NCBI GenBank assembly: GCA_021774625.1
Contig: JAJFIV010000030.1
Coordinates: forward strand, 493-64,492
Origin: Alphaproteobacteria bacterium
Lineage (GTDB): Bacteria; Pseudomonadota; Alphaproteobacteria; Sphingomonadales; JAKSBY01
Direction: 5' to 3'
Length of the DNA: 64,000 nucleotides
In this document: positions 18,335 to 27,259 of the stretch, piece by piece
How positions within the stretch are numbered: position 1 is the stretch's first letter
How the letters are laid out: every line of letters starts with the position of its first letter
The notes under the pieces: generated by a model
Told to the model about the DNA's origin: nothing
Databases searched by the model: none
The model's input: only the letters and a program-made list of their open reading frames with translations
Translations under genes and position numbers: made by a program

Positions 18335-19687
18335 TCAAAATGCCGCCCGCTGGCTTTCGCCGGGCACGGGCACGCTGGCCCCTTCCGACTGATATTGATT
18401 CAGCTTGTTGCGGAGCGTGCGGATGGAAATGCCGAGAATATTGGCTGCATGGGTCCGGTTGCCAAGACAGTGTTTGAGCGTGTCGATGATCAGATCCCGC
18501 TCGACATCGGCAACGGTCCGCCCAACCAGCTTAACGGCTTCTTTCCCGCCTTCCTCTCCGCCGGACTGATAGGAATCAGAGGGGGCGGAACCGTCCGGTA
18601 ACAAAATGGCCTCGATATCGATTTTGTTACCCTTTGCCAGCAACACGGCGCGGTGGATGGTATTTTCCAGCTCGCGCACATTGCCCTGCCAGCGGTGGGT
18701 CTGCAGCATTTTCAGGGCGGCCTCACTGACCGGGCGATAGTCGATATCGTTCATTTCCGCATATTTTTTGGCGAAATATTCGGTCAGGACCCGGAGGTCT
18801 TCCGGCCGTTCCCGCAACGCCGGGATTTTCAGATTGACCACATTCAGTCTGAACAGCAGGTCTTCCCGGAAACTGCCGTCTTTAACGGCTTCCGTCAGAT
18901 TGCGGTTGGAGGTTGCGATGATGCGGATATTGACCTTAACCGGGCTGTTGCCGCCGACCCGGTCTATTTCCCGTTCCTGAATGGCGCGCAGTAATTTGGC
19001 CTGCAAGCGCAAATCCATTTCGCTGATTTCATCCAGCAGCAGCGTTCCGCCGTCCGCTTCCTCGAACTTGCCCACGCGGCGGGCCACGGCCCCGGTAAAA
19101 GCCCCTTTTTCATGGCCGAACAACTCGGATTCCAGGAGATTTTCCGGAATGGCCGCACAATTGATGGAGACAAAGGGTTTTGCCTTGCGGTTGCTTTTTT
19201 GATGGACATAGCGGGCCATCACTTCCTTACCGGTCCCGGATTCGCCGGTGATCAAAATGCTGGCTTCCGATGCGGCGACCTGATCGGCAAGATCGATCAC
19301 GCTTTTGATCGCCGGGTCTTTCCAGATGAAGGTATGATCATCCTGACTGACGGCCTGCAAGACGGCTGCGATCAGTTCCGGGTCCGGAGGCAGGGGGACA
19401 TATTCCTTGGCGCCGGCGCGGATGGCATTCACGGCCGAGCGGGAATCGGTGCCAATGCCGCAGGCCACGGCCGGAATGGTAAAATGTTCGGAGCGTATCT
19501 GATCAAGAAAGCCGGCGATATCAAGCTCGACATCGATCATCAGCAGATCGGCGCCCTTGGTGCGCAGAACCTTCAGGGCGCTTTCCGGATCTTCCGTATG
19601 GGTGACCTGAGCGCCGTTCTCGATAGCGATCTGGCTCGCGCGTCCCAACTGTCCATTCAATGTTCCGACTATGAGCAACCGCATCAT
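18335..19687 (-). CDS. flbD: sigma-54-dependent flagellar transcriptional activator FlbD (receiver-AAA+-Fis HTH)
   Basis: ITGESGTGKEV, GAFTGA and ESELFGHEKGAFTG motifs, plus a C-terminal Fis-type HTH (AANILGISIRTLRNKL). The start MMRLLIVGTLNGQ follows GGAG; the longer ORF start 19717 is unlikely. Confidence 0.85.
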   Translation of the reverse strand: MMRLLIVGTLNGQLGRASQIAIENGAQVTHTEDPESALKVLRTKGADLLMIDVELDIAGFLDQIRSEHFTIPAVACGIGTDSRSAVNAIRAGAKEYVPLPPDPELIAAVLQAVSQDDHTFIWKDPAIKSVIDLADQVAASEASILITGESGTGKEVMARYVHQKSNRKAKPFVSINCAAIPENLLESELFGHEKGAFTGAVARRVGKFEEADGGTLLLDEISEMDLRLQAKLLRAIQEREIDRVGGNSPVKVNIRIIATSNRNLTEAVKDGSFREDLLFRLNVVNLKIPALRERPEDLRVLTEYFAKKYAEMNDIDYRPVSEAALKMLQTHRWQGNVRELENTIHRAVLLAKGNKIDIEAILLPDGSAPSDSYQSGGEEGGKEAVKLVGRTVADVERDLIIDTLKHCLGNRTHAANILGISIRTLRNKLNQYQSEGASVPVPGESQRAAF

Positions 19688-19754
19688 ATGTCTCCTAATT
19701 CTTTTTGTTTTTCCCACTCAATATTGGCCCGGCGCCCCAAACAGACAGGCCATA

Positions 19755-20516
19755 TCACTCAAAATATCTCACGCGTTTCGCCGGCGGCAGAATGGTATTG
19801 ATCAGCATTTCAAGCCGCCGCGGATTTTCCCGCCTGCCGATGGAAGCGACCCCCATGGCATAGACGGAGTTCAAAAGGACTTCTTCCGAGGAATTGCGCT
19901 CGGCCTTGGTGGCGAGCGGGATGAAGACCATATGAGCCAAAATCGCTCCGTAAAATGTGGTGAGAAGCGCCACCGCCATGGCCGGGCCAATGGTGGTGGG
20001 GTCATCCAGATTGCCGAGCATCTGCACAAGACCGATCAGAGTGCCGATCAGGCCCATGGCCGGTGAAATTTCTCCGGCGCGGCGCAAAATATCCACGGTT
20101 CTGATATGGCGGGAGGCAATAGCGCCGGCTTCCCGATTCATGATCTGCTCGATGTCTTCCGCTTTGTTGCCGTCAACCACGAGCGCCACGGCTTTTCCCA
20201 GAAACGGTTCATCGGTCATGCCGGGAAGGACTTTTTCCAGTTCCAAAAGACCGTCTTTGCGCGCCCGTTCGGCCAGTTGGATGACGGTATAGGCGGCATC
20301 GGCGGGATCGCCCTGAGCATCAAACAGAATTTCCCAGATGGTTCTGGGCACGGCAAGAATATCGCGCGGCGAAAAACTGATGGATGTGACGGCAATGGTA
20401 CCCAGAATAACGATCAGAATACCGCTGATATTAACAAAGGCCGCGGGCGTGCCGCCGATCGCGGTCGCCGCAATGACCAGAGCAAAAGCCGAAAGTAATC
20501 CGAGGAGTGCGCCCAT
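19755..20516 (-). CDS. motA: flagellar stator protein MotA/PomA family (253 aa)
   Basis: Four TM segments. ISPAMGLIGTLIGLVQML and ALLTTFYGAILAHMVFIPLA are typical of the MotA/TolQ/ExbB family. No motB-like gene is adjacent. Confidence 0.8.
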   Translation of the reverse strand: MGALLGLLSAFALVIAATAIGGTPAAFVNISGILIVILGTIAVTSISFSPRDILAVPRTIWEILFDAQGDPADAAYTVIQLAERARKDGLLELEKVLPGMTDEPFLGKAVALVVDGNKAEDIEQIMNREAGAIASRHIRTVDILRRAGEISPAMGLIGTLIGLVQMLGNLDDPTTIGPAMAVALLTTFYGAILAHMVFIPLATKAERNSSEEVLLNSVYAMGVASIGRRENPRRLEMLINTILPPAKRVRYFE

Positions 20517-20557
20517 ATTATTTCACCCAGACCATAAACGCGGTTTACGTTTTTGGA

Positions 20558-20983
20558 CTAGCCTTTCTCTCCTTTAATGATTTCCGTCATGGTGACGCCC
20601 AGATGGTCCTCGACCAGCACCACCTCACCGCGCGCGACCAAACGGTTATTCACATAGATATCAATGGCTTCTCCAACTTTTCGGTCCAGTTCGACCACCG
20701 CGCCCGGCCCCAGTTTCAACAGCTGGCTGACTTCCAGACATGACTTTCCAAGGACCGCCTGAACATTCACCGGGACGTCAAACACCCGCTCCAGTTCCTG
20801 TGCGGAGTGAACGATATCTCCGTTTTCCGATTCTTCCGTATCCGCCGGGGCGCTTCCGTCCTCCAGATTTTCAAGATCGACGCTGGTAGTCCCGGTTGCG
20901 CTTTCCTCCACCGCCTGGTCCGGGGCGTCGGCTGCACTCCCGCCTTCAGTCTCTTCAATAGTGTCTTCAACTTCGTCGGACAT
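20558..20983 (-). CDS. fliN: flagellar motor switch protein FliN
   Basis: Acidic N-terminus. C-terminal SpoA domain VPVNVQAVLGKSCLEVSQLLKLGPGAVVELDRKVGEAIDIYVNNRLVARGEVVLV. Confidence 0.9.
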   Translation of the reverse strand: MSDEVEDTIEETEGGSAADAPDQAVEESATGTTSVDLENLEDGSAPADTEESENGDIVHSAQELERVFDVPVNVQAVLGKSCLEVSQLLKLGPGAVVELDRKVGEAIDIYVNNRLVARGEVVLVEDHLGVTMTEIIKGEKG

Positions 20984-21004
20984 CGGTCCTTCTCCTTAAA
21001 ACTC

Positions 21005-21655
21005 TTACGCCTGAATATCCTGGTCTTCGGTTTGCCCGCCTGCCCCCTCATAGGATTTCGTCACGTAGCGTTTAACGGCGGCGTCAATTTCGCTTTTGAC
21101 CTGTTCGTATTTGCGTTCAACTCCGCCATCCGGCCATTCGATGCGGCAATCGAATTCCCCAAGCGCCGGATCACCAAGCAGGACGACCTCGACCTTTGAG
21201 GCGCTTTTTAGTTTCAGGCCTTCGATTTTCCGCGCCAGCGGCTCTATCAGTTCCTCTCCGGTGCGTATCACAATGCGCTTTTCATCAGGCGCTGCCTCGA
21301 AGCAGTCGTTGAGCATGGCTTCCATTTCCGCCAGAGGCCGGTCCCGCATCAGGGCGGGGGACAGCTTGCCGGCGATGGCGCAGGCCAGGATGGATGCTTC
21401 CTTCCGGGCCACACCTTCGATCTCGGGAAGATTAAGAAACAAAGTTTCCGCGGCCTTTGCGATACGTTCCAAAGCGGCGGCGGTCCGGGATTCGGCCTCG
21501 GCCAGAGTCTCGCTGCGGCCCGCCTCGGTTCCTGCCGTAAAGGCGCGGGTGCGCGCTTCTTCGATTTTTTTCTCAACCACATCGGATTTGATCAGCTCCA
21601 CTTTTTTTGAGCTGGTATCAAAAGACTGATTGAAATCGAATTTTTCCGCGGTCAT
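21005..21655 (-). CDS. fliH: flagellar assembly protein FliH-like (position of FlbE in Caulobacter)
   Basis: 216 aa with a coiled-coil N-terminus. Lies between fliG and fliN. Assignment rests mainly on size, composition and synteny. Confidence 0.55.
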   Translation of the reverse strand: MTAEKFDFNQSFDTSSKKVELIKSDVVEKKIEEARTRAFTAGTEAGRSETLAEAESRTAAALERIAKAAETLFLNLPEIEGVARKEASILACAIAGKLSPALMRDRPLAEMEAMLNDCFEAAPDEKRIVIRTGEELIEPLARKIEGLKLKSASKVEVVLLGDPALGEFDCRIEWPDGGVERKYEQVKSEIDAAVKRYVTKSYEGAGGQTEDQDIQA

Positions 21656-21658
21656 GAG

Positions 21659-22678
21659 CTAATACACCAGTTCATCTTCGCCCTTGCTGTCGGCGAGAAT
21701 AATTTCACCGGCTTCAGCCAGGTCTTTGGCCTTGTTGACCATTTCCATTTGTGACTCATCCACATCGCGCAGGCGGACCGGGCCCATGGCTTCCATATCC
21801 TCGCGCAGGATTTTTGCCGCCCGTTCCGACATATTGGAGAAAAAGAGGTCGCGCAAAGTGTCCGAAGCGCCTTTGAGCGCCAGGGCCAGTTTGTCCTTGT
21901 CGACATTTCGCAGCAATGTCTGGACCCCGCCGGGGTCCAGCTTCCCAAGATCCTCGAAGGTAAACATCAAGGCGCGGATGCGTTCCGCGGAATCGCGGTT
22001 GCGGTCTTCCAGAGCGGACAGGAAACGGGTTTCCGTATTGCGGTCCAGATAGTTGAAGATTTCGGCGATGGTTTCGTGCGAATCCCGGCGCGATGTGCGG
22101 GCCAGGTTATTCATGAATTCAACGCGCAGGGTCTGCTCCACCTTGTCGAGAATATCCTTCTGCACGGCTTCCATCCGCAACATGCGCATGACCACTTCCA
22201 TGGAAAAATCTTCCGGCAGAACGCTGAGAACCCGGGAGGCGTGTTCCGGTTTGATTTTCTGCAGAACTACGGCGACCGTCTGCGGATATTCATTCTTCAG
22301 ATAGGACGCGAGCACCATTTCATTCACATTGCCCAGTTTGTCCCACATGGTGCGTCCGGCCGGTCCGCGGATTTCCTCCATAATGGTCGAAACACGTTCG
22401 TCCGGCAGGATTCTTGTAAGCAGACGTTCCGTGGTGTCAAAAGAACCATTCAGTGAACCAACGGAAGAAACCGTTGAAGCAAATTCGATAAACAGCTTTT
22501 CAACAAGATTTGCATCGATCGGGCCGAGAGCGGACATTGCCGAGGAAAGTTCTTTCAATTCCTCGTCGGTCAGCAATTCCCAAACGACCTTGCCAAACTC
22601 GTCGCCTACGGCCAGCATGAAGGCTGCCGCTTTTTCGGCTCCAGACATTTTGGCAAGGGAATCCTTTGCGCCGGCCAT
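21659..22678 (-). CDS. fliG: flagellar motor switch protein FliG
   Basis: 339 aa. [16 protein letters not shown].., ...[18 protein letters not shown].., [28 protein letters not shown]. Confidence 0.95.
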   Translation of the reverse strand: MAGAKDSLAKMSGAEKAAAFMLAVGDEFGKVVWELLTDEELKELSSAMSALGPIDANLVEKLFIEFASTVSSVGSLNGSFDTTERLLTRILPDERVSTIMEEIRGPAGRTMWDKLGNVNEMVLASYLKNEYPQTVAVVLQKIKPEHASRVLSVLPEDFSMEVVMRMLRMEAVQKDILDKVEQTLRVEFMNNLARTSRRDSHETIAEIFNYLDRNTETRFLSALEDRNRDSAERIRALMFTFEDLGKLDPGGVQTLLRNVDKDKLALALKGASDTLRDLFFSNMSERAAKILREDMEAMGPVRLRDVDESQMEMVNKAKDLAEAGEIILADSKGEDELVY

Positions 22679-22693
22679 CCTTACATACCCTCT

Positions 22694-24430
22694 TTAATCA
22701 CTGTATAACCACTGGCGGACAACGGCGGCGGCCTCGTCGGGGTGCCGCTGGACGATATCGCCGACTTTCTTGACCGCCGACTCCTGAACCTTGCCCTCTA
22801 TGCTGGCAACATCGATTGCGGCTTCGATTCCCATCTGTTGTTCGATGGGTAAATTGCCCTGTCTGGCGGCATTGATGGCGGCTATGGCCTGCTGGTCCCC
22901 CGCAGCGGCGGCTGCGGCCATTTCAGATGTGATGCCGCCGGCCTGGGGTGGTGCGATTGCCTGCATGGCGGTCGCCTGATTTTCAAGTTGCTGCGGACCC
23001 CCGGCGGACGGGGGCTGTGCCTGGGGAAATGCCAGGATCAGCTTTGAAACAATGGGCCGGACGACCAGTAAAAGCACCAGGATTGAAACAATGCCGAACA
23101 CAAATATTTCGATCAGATGGGCCAGATCATCCTTGCTGAGACCCATCAGGCTGAAGGCTTCCTCAGTTTCGGCAGCGGCTTCGGCCTGAATGAAGGGCAT
23201 ATTCACCACTTCAACCTGATCGCCGCGGGCCTGATTGAATCCTATGGCCGAACGGACCAGATTGGCGAGCTGTTCAAGTTCAGTTGCCGTGCGCGGACGA
23301 TAGGCCGTTTCCGGCGGGTCGCTTCCCGCCACCGGCTCGTAAATGCCATCGACCAGAACGGCGACGGAAACCCGCTGAATTTCACCGCCCTCCTTGATTT
23401 CGGTCTTGAGCGTCTTGGAAATTTCATAATTGACAACTTCTTCCGTGCGGCCCGAGTCCGATGTGGTGGTGTCGGTTGCTCCTGCTGCCGGCTGGGCATC
23501 GGGAAGATTATTACCCACTGATACTTCGCCGCCGTCCGCCTGACTTTGCTGGTTGCTGCTGCTTTCCTCAATGGTGCTGGTGGAGCGGACAACCTGACCA
23601 TCGGGATCATAAATCTCGGAATTTGTGGTGATCCGGTTCAGGTCCATTTCAACGGAAACCTCTGCCCGAACGCGGCCAAAACCGACGGTTTTTTCCAGCA
23701 GCGATTCAATCTGCTGGCGCAGCCGGTTTTGAAATCCGAGCCGCCGTTCTTCAAACGAAGCGGCAATGGCGGTTTCGCCATCCATCTCACCGCCGCGGGC
23801 CAGAAGAGACCCGTTTTGATCGACAATGGAAATACTGCGGGCATCAAGGCCGGGAATGGCTGCTGCAACCAGATGCTGAATGGCGGAAACCTGCGACATG
23901 CTGAGGCCGGAACGGGCGGTCCTGAGGACGATGGACGCGCTGGGTTTCCGTTCCTCGCGGCTGAATAATTCGCGTTCCGGCATTACGATGTGAACCCGGG
24001 CCGATGAGACGGAATTGATCTCGCTGATGGTCCGCGACAACTCCCCCTCTATGGCGCGCACCCGGTTGAGATTCTGGACGAAATTCGTCGTGCCCAGATT
24101 ATCGGTGCGGTCGAATATCTCGTAACCGACAATCGAACCGCCCAGACCTTCTCCGGCCAACTGGACCCTGAGAGTGGAGATTTGTTCCTGCGGCACCAGA
24201 ATGGTCCGGCCCTCATCCTGCAGATCATAACGGACATTCATGCCGTCAAGGCGCTGCATGATCGAGGCCGCCTCGCTCATTTCCAGATTGCTGTAGAGAA
24301 GACCGAGCTGAGGTTCGGTCAAACGCATGGTAATAAAGAAAAAGAAGCCGACCAGTCCGGCTGTAACGGCCCCCATGGCAATGATACGCGACGGGCCCAG
24401 GGCGCGTAAAAAATTTGCTAGTCCATCCAC
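22694..24430 (-). CDS. fliF: flagellar MS-ring protein FliF
   Basis: 578 aa. N-terminal TM, then LYSNLEMSEAASIMQRLDGMNVRY.., a second TM near residue 440 and a C-terminal FliG-binding tail. Confidence 0.95.
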   Translation of the reverse strand: MDGLANFLRALGPSRIIAMGAVTAGLVGFFFFITMRLTEPQLGLLYSNLEMSEAASIMQRLDGMNVRYDLQDEGRTILVPQEQISTLRVQLAGEGLGGSIVGYEIFDRTDNLGTTNFVQNLNRVRAIEGELSRTISEINSVSSARVHIVMPERELFSREERKPSASIVLRTARSGLSMSQVSAIQHLVAAAIPGLDARSISIVDQNGSLLARGGEMDGETAIAASFEERRLGFQNRLRQQIESLLEKTVGFGRVRAEVSVEMDLNRITTNSEIYDPDGQVVRSTSTIEESSSNQQSQADGGEVSVGNNLPDAQPAAGATDTTTSDSGRTEEVVNYEISKTLKTEIKEGGEIQRVSVAVLVDGIYEPVAGSDPPETAYRPRTATELEQLANLVRSAIGFNQARGDQVEVVNMPFIQAEAAAETEEAFSLMGLSKDDLAHLIEIFVFGIVSILVLLLVVRPIVSKLILAFPQAQPPSAGGPQQLENQATAMQAIAPPQAGGITSEMAAAAAAGDQQAIAAINAARQGNLPIEQQMGIEAAIDVASIEGKVQESAVKKVGDIVQRHPDEAAAVVRQWLYSD

Positions 24431-24513
24431 GTGCGTAACCTTTTTGGCTGTTCTTATCGGGCGGACAAAAATGGTTCGCCCCGCTAACGCAGAATAAAGT
24501 TACGGTCGTGGTC

Positions 24514-24529
24514 GTGAACAAGTGGTTAA
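24514..24529 (-). promoter_or_regulatory. CtrA-box-like site TTAA-N7-TTCAC upstream of fliF
   Basis: The minus strand reads TTAACCACTTGTTCAC, 84-99 nt upstream of the fliF ATG. It has one mismatch to TTAA-N7-TTAAC. In Caulobacter the fliF operon is CtrA-activated. Confidence 0.3.
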
Positions 24530-24599
24530 TAGTAGGCAAAAATTGCCTACGAAATTGAATAAAATTTGATCTATTGCCGGAATCGGATGGATATTTGGC

Positions 24600-24878
24600 C
24601 TAAACGCTCTCAACCGCCCGGTAATGTTGAACGCGAGTGACGCGCAAACCCGGCAGGCCGTTTTTATCAATAGCACGCTGCCAGGATAAAAATTCTTCCA
24701 CGGACAGCTTGTAACGGCTGCAGGCGTCCTCAAGGGTAATCAGACCGCCGCGCACCGCCGCGACGACTTCGGCTTTACGCCGGATGACCCAGCGTTCCGT
24801 TTCAGGCGGCGGGAGATCATCAACAGTCAGAGGTTCGCCTGTCGGGCCGATGATATATGGTTTTTGTCTGTTATGCAT
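24600..24878 (-). CDS. sciP: SciP-like small HTH protein (DUF1153 family; CtrA-inhibitory factor in Caulobacter)
   Basis: ORF 24600-24941; the preferred ATG 24878 gives 92 aa. RWVIRRKAEVVAAVRGGLITLEDACSRYKLSVEEFLSWQRAID..GLRVTRVQHYR. It sits between flgE and fliF, as in the Caulobacter flgE-sciP-fliF arrangement. Confidence 0.6.
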   Translation of the reverse strand: MHNRQKPYIIGPTGEPLTVDDLPPPETERWVIRRKAEVVAAVRGGLITLEDACSRYKLSVEEFLSWQRAIDKNGLPGLRVTRVQHYRAVESV

Positions 24879-24964
24879 TCCACTCTTACCTGAATGTGCC
24901 GAACCCCCGTTGGCTCGCACTAAGACGATACGCCTCCCCATTTAAAAAACACCTAAGGAATGGG

Positions 24965-24980
24965 GTTAATGGAGATTAAA
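24965..24980 (-). promoter_or_regulatory. CtrA-box-like site (TTTA-N7-TTAAC) upstream of sciP
   Basis: The minus strand reads TTTAATCTCCATTAAC followed by CCCAT, about 90-100 nt upstream of the sciP ATG. One mismatch in the first half-site. Confidence 0.25.
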
Positions 24981-25023
24981 TTACCAAAAGAATCTCTCTA
25001 AAATTTTAATGGTTTAGGCAACG

Positions 25024-25071
25024 TTTTGTTAATAAATCAGGGCCCTTCCGGCAGTGACCGGAAGGGCCCTG
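25024..25071 (-). terminator. rho-independent terminator after flgE
   Basis: Perfect 14 bp GC-rich stem CAGGGCCCTTCCGG / CCGGAAGGGCCCTG (25038-25071) with a 6 nt loop. On the minus strand it is followed by ATTTATT. It begins 14 nt after the flgE stop. Confidence 0.75.
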
Positions 25072-25084
25072 GATCAGGGATCAA

Positions 25085-26428
25085 TTATCGTTTTACGCGG
25101 TTGAGTTCGTCAAGCATCTCATCGGCGGTGGTGATGATCCGCGTTGAGGCCGTAAAGGCGCGCTGGGTTGTGATCAGCGACGTAAACTCGGACGCCAGAT
25201 CAACTGTGGAGGCTTCCAATGTTGACGGCGCGATCGTTCCGCCGCCGCCGGTGCCCGGTTCAACCAGACTGAAGTTGCCGGATGAATCCGATACCGCAAA
25301 AGCATTGCCCTGTCTGCGGGACAGACCATCCGGGTTCTGGAAAGTGGCGATCGGCAGTTTGAAAACGCTGCGGCTGAGGCCGTTGTCAAACAGGGCTGTC
25401 ACGATCCCGTCCTCGCCGATGGAAACACCAACCACGTTGCCGAAGACAGCGCCATCGACATTCGATGAAATGAGGGTTGAGACGCTGTCAAACTGGGTCA
25501 GACCATCCACGTCGCCGTTAGTGCCAAGATCAAAGCTAATGGCGCTGGAAGAAGAACCATTGGTCCAGCTGACGGGAATGGGGGCTGTCAGGGCCGCGGT
25601 TGTGCCGGTCGCGTCGAAGGAACCGTCGGAATTAAAAGCGATTATCCCGGTGACGACCTGGCCGTCAATATTTGGCGCGCCAACAGTGATATCAGAGGCC
25701 GGATCGGCATAAATTTCCACATGCCACTGATTGGGCGTCGCGCTTTTCAACAGCGCCAGTTTCAGGGTATGCGTGCCGCCCTGATCATCGAACACATTAA
25801 CCGTGCGTTCAAAATCGGCGGGAACCGTCCCCGAGGCCATATTATTGCCTGATGCCGCCGGGTTATAGGTTGCCTCCAGCGCGCTGATGGGCTGTGATGA
25901 CTGCAGATTGGCGCGCAGGCCCACGAGTGTGGTCGATTCGGCGGTACCCGTCAGGCCGGCCACATTGATCGGCTGCAGCGCATTGAGATCACCCAGATTG
26001 GTCGGAATGTTACCTGCGGAATCAACCGGCCAGCCCATCAGGAAATTGCCCGCGGTGTTTTTCAGAAAGCCCTCGGCATTGGGGGTGAAGCTGCCGGCCC
26101 GGCTGAAGACAATTTCACCGGCGGCCTGGGCGCTGACACTGTCACGGACGACAAAGAACCCGGCGCCGTCAATGGAGAGGTCCGTCGCCGAAGTGGAGGC
26201 CTGCAGCAAACCCTGACGGCTGATCAGTGTTTGCGGCAAAAGGCCGACCCCGCCCGGCGAGTAGCTGGTGGTGGAGGATGATTCCGTGACCAGGGTCGTA
26301 AAACGCGCCCGGCTTTCCTTATAACCGATGGTGTTGATGTTGGTAATATTGTCCGAAATGATGCCGAGGGCATTTCCGTATGTCTGAAGGCCCGAGACGC
26401 CGCTGAAAAGTGCTGCAAATAAACTCAT
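25085..26428 (-). CDS. flgE: flagellar hook protein FlgE
   Basis: Start MSLFAALFSGVSGLQTYGNALGIISDNITNINTIGYK after GGAG. Conserved C-terminus TSLITTQRAFTASTRIITTADEMLDELNRVKR. Confidence 0.95.
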   Translation of the reverse strand: MSLFAALFSGVSGLQTYGNALGIISDNITNINTIGYKESRARFTTLVTESSSTTSYSPGGVGLLPQTLISRQGLLQASTSATDLSIDGAGFFVVRDSVSAQAAGEIVFSRAGSFTPNAEGFLKNTAGNFLMGWPVDSAGNIPTNLGDLNALQPINVAGLTGTAESTTLVGLRANLQSSQPISALEATYNPAASGNNMASGTVPADFERTVNVFDDQGGTHTLKLALLKSATPNQWHVEIYADPASDITVGAPNIDGQVVTGIIAFNSDGSFDATGTTAALTAPIPVSWTNGSSSSAISFDLGTNGDVDGLTQFDSVSTLISSNVDGAVFGNVVGVSIGEDGIVTALFDNGLSRSVFKLPIATFQNPDGLSRRQGNAFAVSDSSGNFSLVEPGTGGGGTIAPSTLEASTVDLASEFTSLITTQRAFTASTRIITTADEMLDELNRVKR

Positions 26429-26533
26429 GATAATTCTCCGTTTTTTTTCCACACCGGCCTGAGCCGGATCTGATTATTGGCGCTTTGTGCGCATGCTCTC
26501 GGTCCTTGCGTTCTCGCAGGCCCCAAAAAACTT

Positions 26534-27244
26534 TTACGGCGCCGGTTCTGTTTCCGGTTCCGTATCGGCTGCCGTTTCCAAAGTTGCCGGATCAATGACG
26601 CCGAGGATATTGGTCAGCGGAACAAAGGCGCCGCCCACATCCAGCAGACTTTCGCCGCCAATGGTTTCAATGCTCCGCACCTTGCCGCGGAGGAATATAT
26701 CAACGGGAAATTCATTGTCCTGAACGTCTTTTGCCGAAACCGACAGGCTGTATATGCCATCGGGCAGGGTGTCGCCCGATTCAGTCTTGCCATCCCAGAT
26801 CAGCGTGTGCTGTCCGATATCGGTCTCGCCATCCATGGTCGCGACAACCTTGCCGTTTTCATCACTTATGGTCAGTTTGGTATTGAAGGATTCGGCGGGC
26901 AGACGGTAGAGCCATGTTGCCTCGCCGTTTGTCAGTGGTGAAACATCGGTCTGGGTTGTGATGATTTTTCCAAGATAGCCGACGGCGCTTGTTGTGCTGT
27001 TAAAGGCGGTCAGCGCCGTCAGGTTTTCCAGATTTTCGTTCTGGCGGATGGCCTGCTCGACTGACGTGAACTGGACCAGCTGATTGGTGAAATCCTTTGA
27101 ATCAACAGGATCAAGCGGATCCTGTGACTGCAGCTGCGCCGTCAAAAGTGTCAGGAAAGTGTCAAAATCCTGGCCAAGTTTGTTCTGTGCGTTCGTTGCC
27201 TTGCCACCCAGGGCATTTCCTAAAATCGAACTGACATCCAGCAT
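26534..27244 (-). CDS. flgD: flagellar hook capping/assembly protein FlgD
   Basis: FLTLLTAQLQSQDPLDPVDSKDFTNQLVQFTSVEQ, plus a FLgD Ig-like C-terminal domain. Confidence 0.9.
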   Translation of the reverse strand: MLDVSSILGNALGGKATNAQNKLGQDFDTFLTLLTAQLQSQDPLDPVDSKDFTNQLVQFTSVEQAIRQNENLENLTALTAFNSTTSAVGYLGKIITTQTDVSPLTNGEATWLYRLPAESFNTKLTISDENGKVVATMDGETDIGQHTLIWDGKTESGDTLPDGIYSLSVSAKDVQDNEFPVDIFLRGKVRSIETIGGESLLDVGGAFVPLTNILGVIDPATLETAADTEPETEPAP

Positions 27245-27259
27245 AATTTTTCTCCGTCC

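Noticed and set aside
24532-24550. Hairpin GTAGGCA-N5-TGCCTAC after sciP as a terminator
   Set aside because: The stem is only 7 bp and no U-tract follows on the minus strand. It also abuts the putative fliF CtrA box, so its role is unclear and it was not called.
24965-24980. Reading the sciP upstream site as a full CtrA box TTAA-N-TTAAC
   Set aside because: With both half-sites intact the spacer is N6, not N7. Only the one-mismatch TTTA-N7-TTAAC reading has correct spacing, so it is kept as a low-confidence site.
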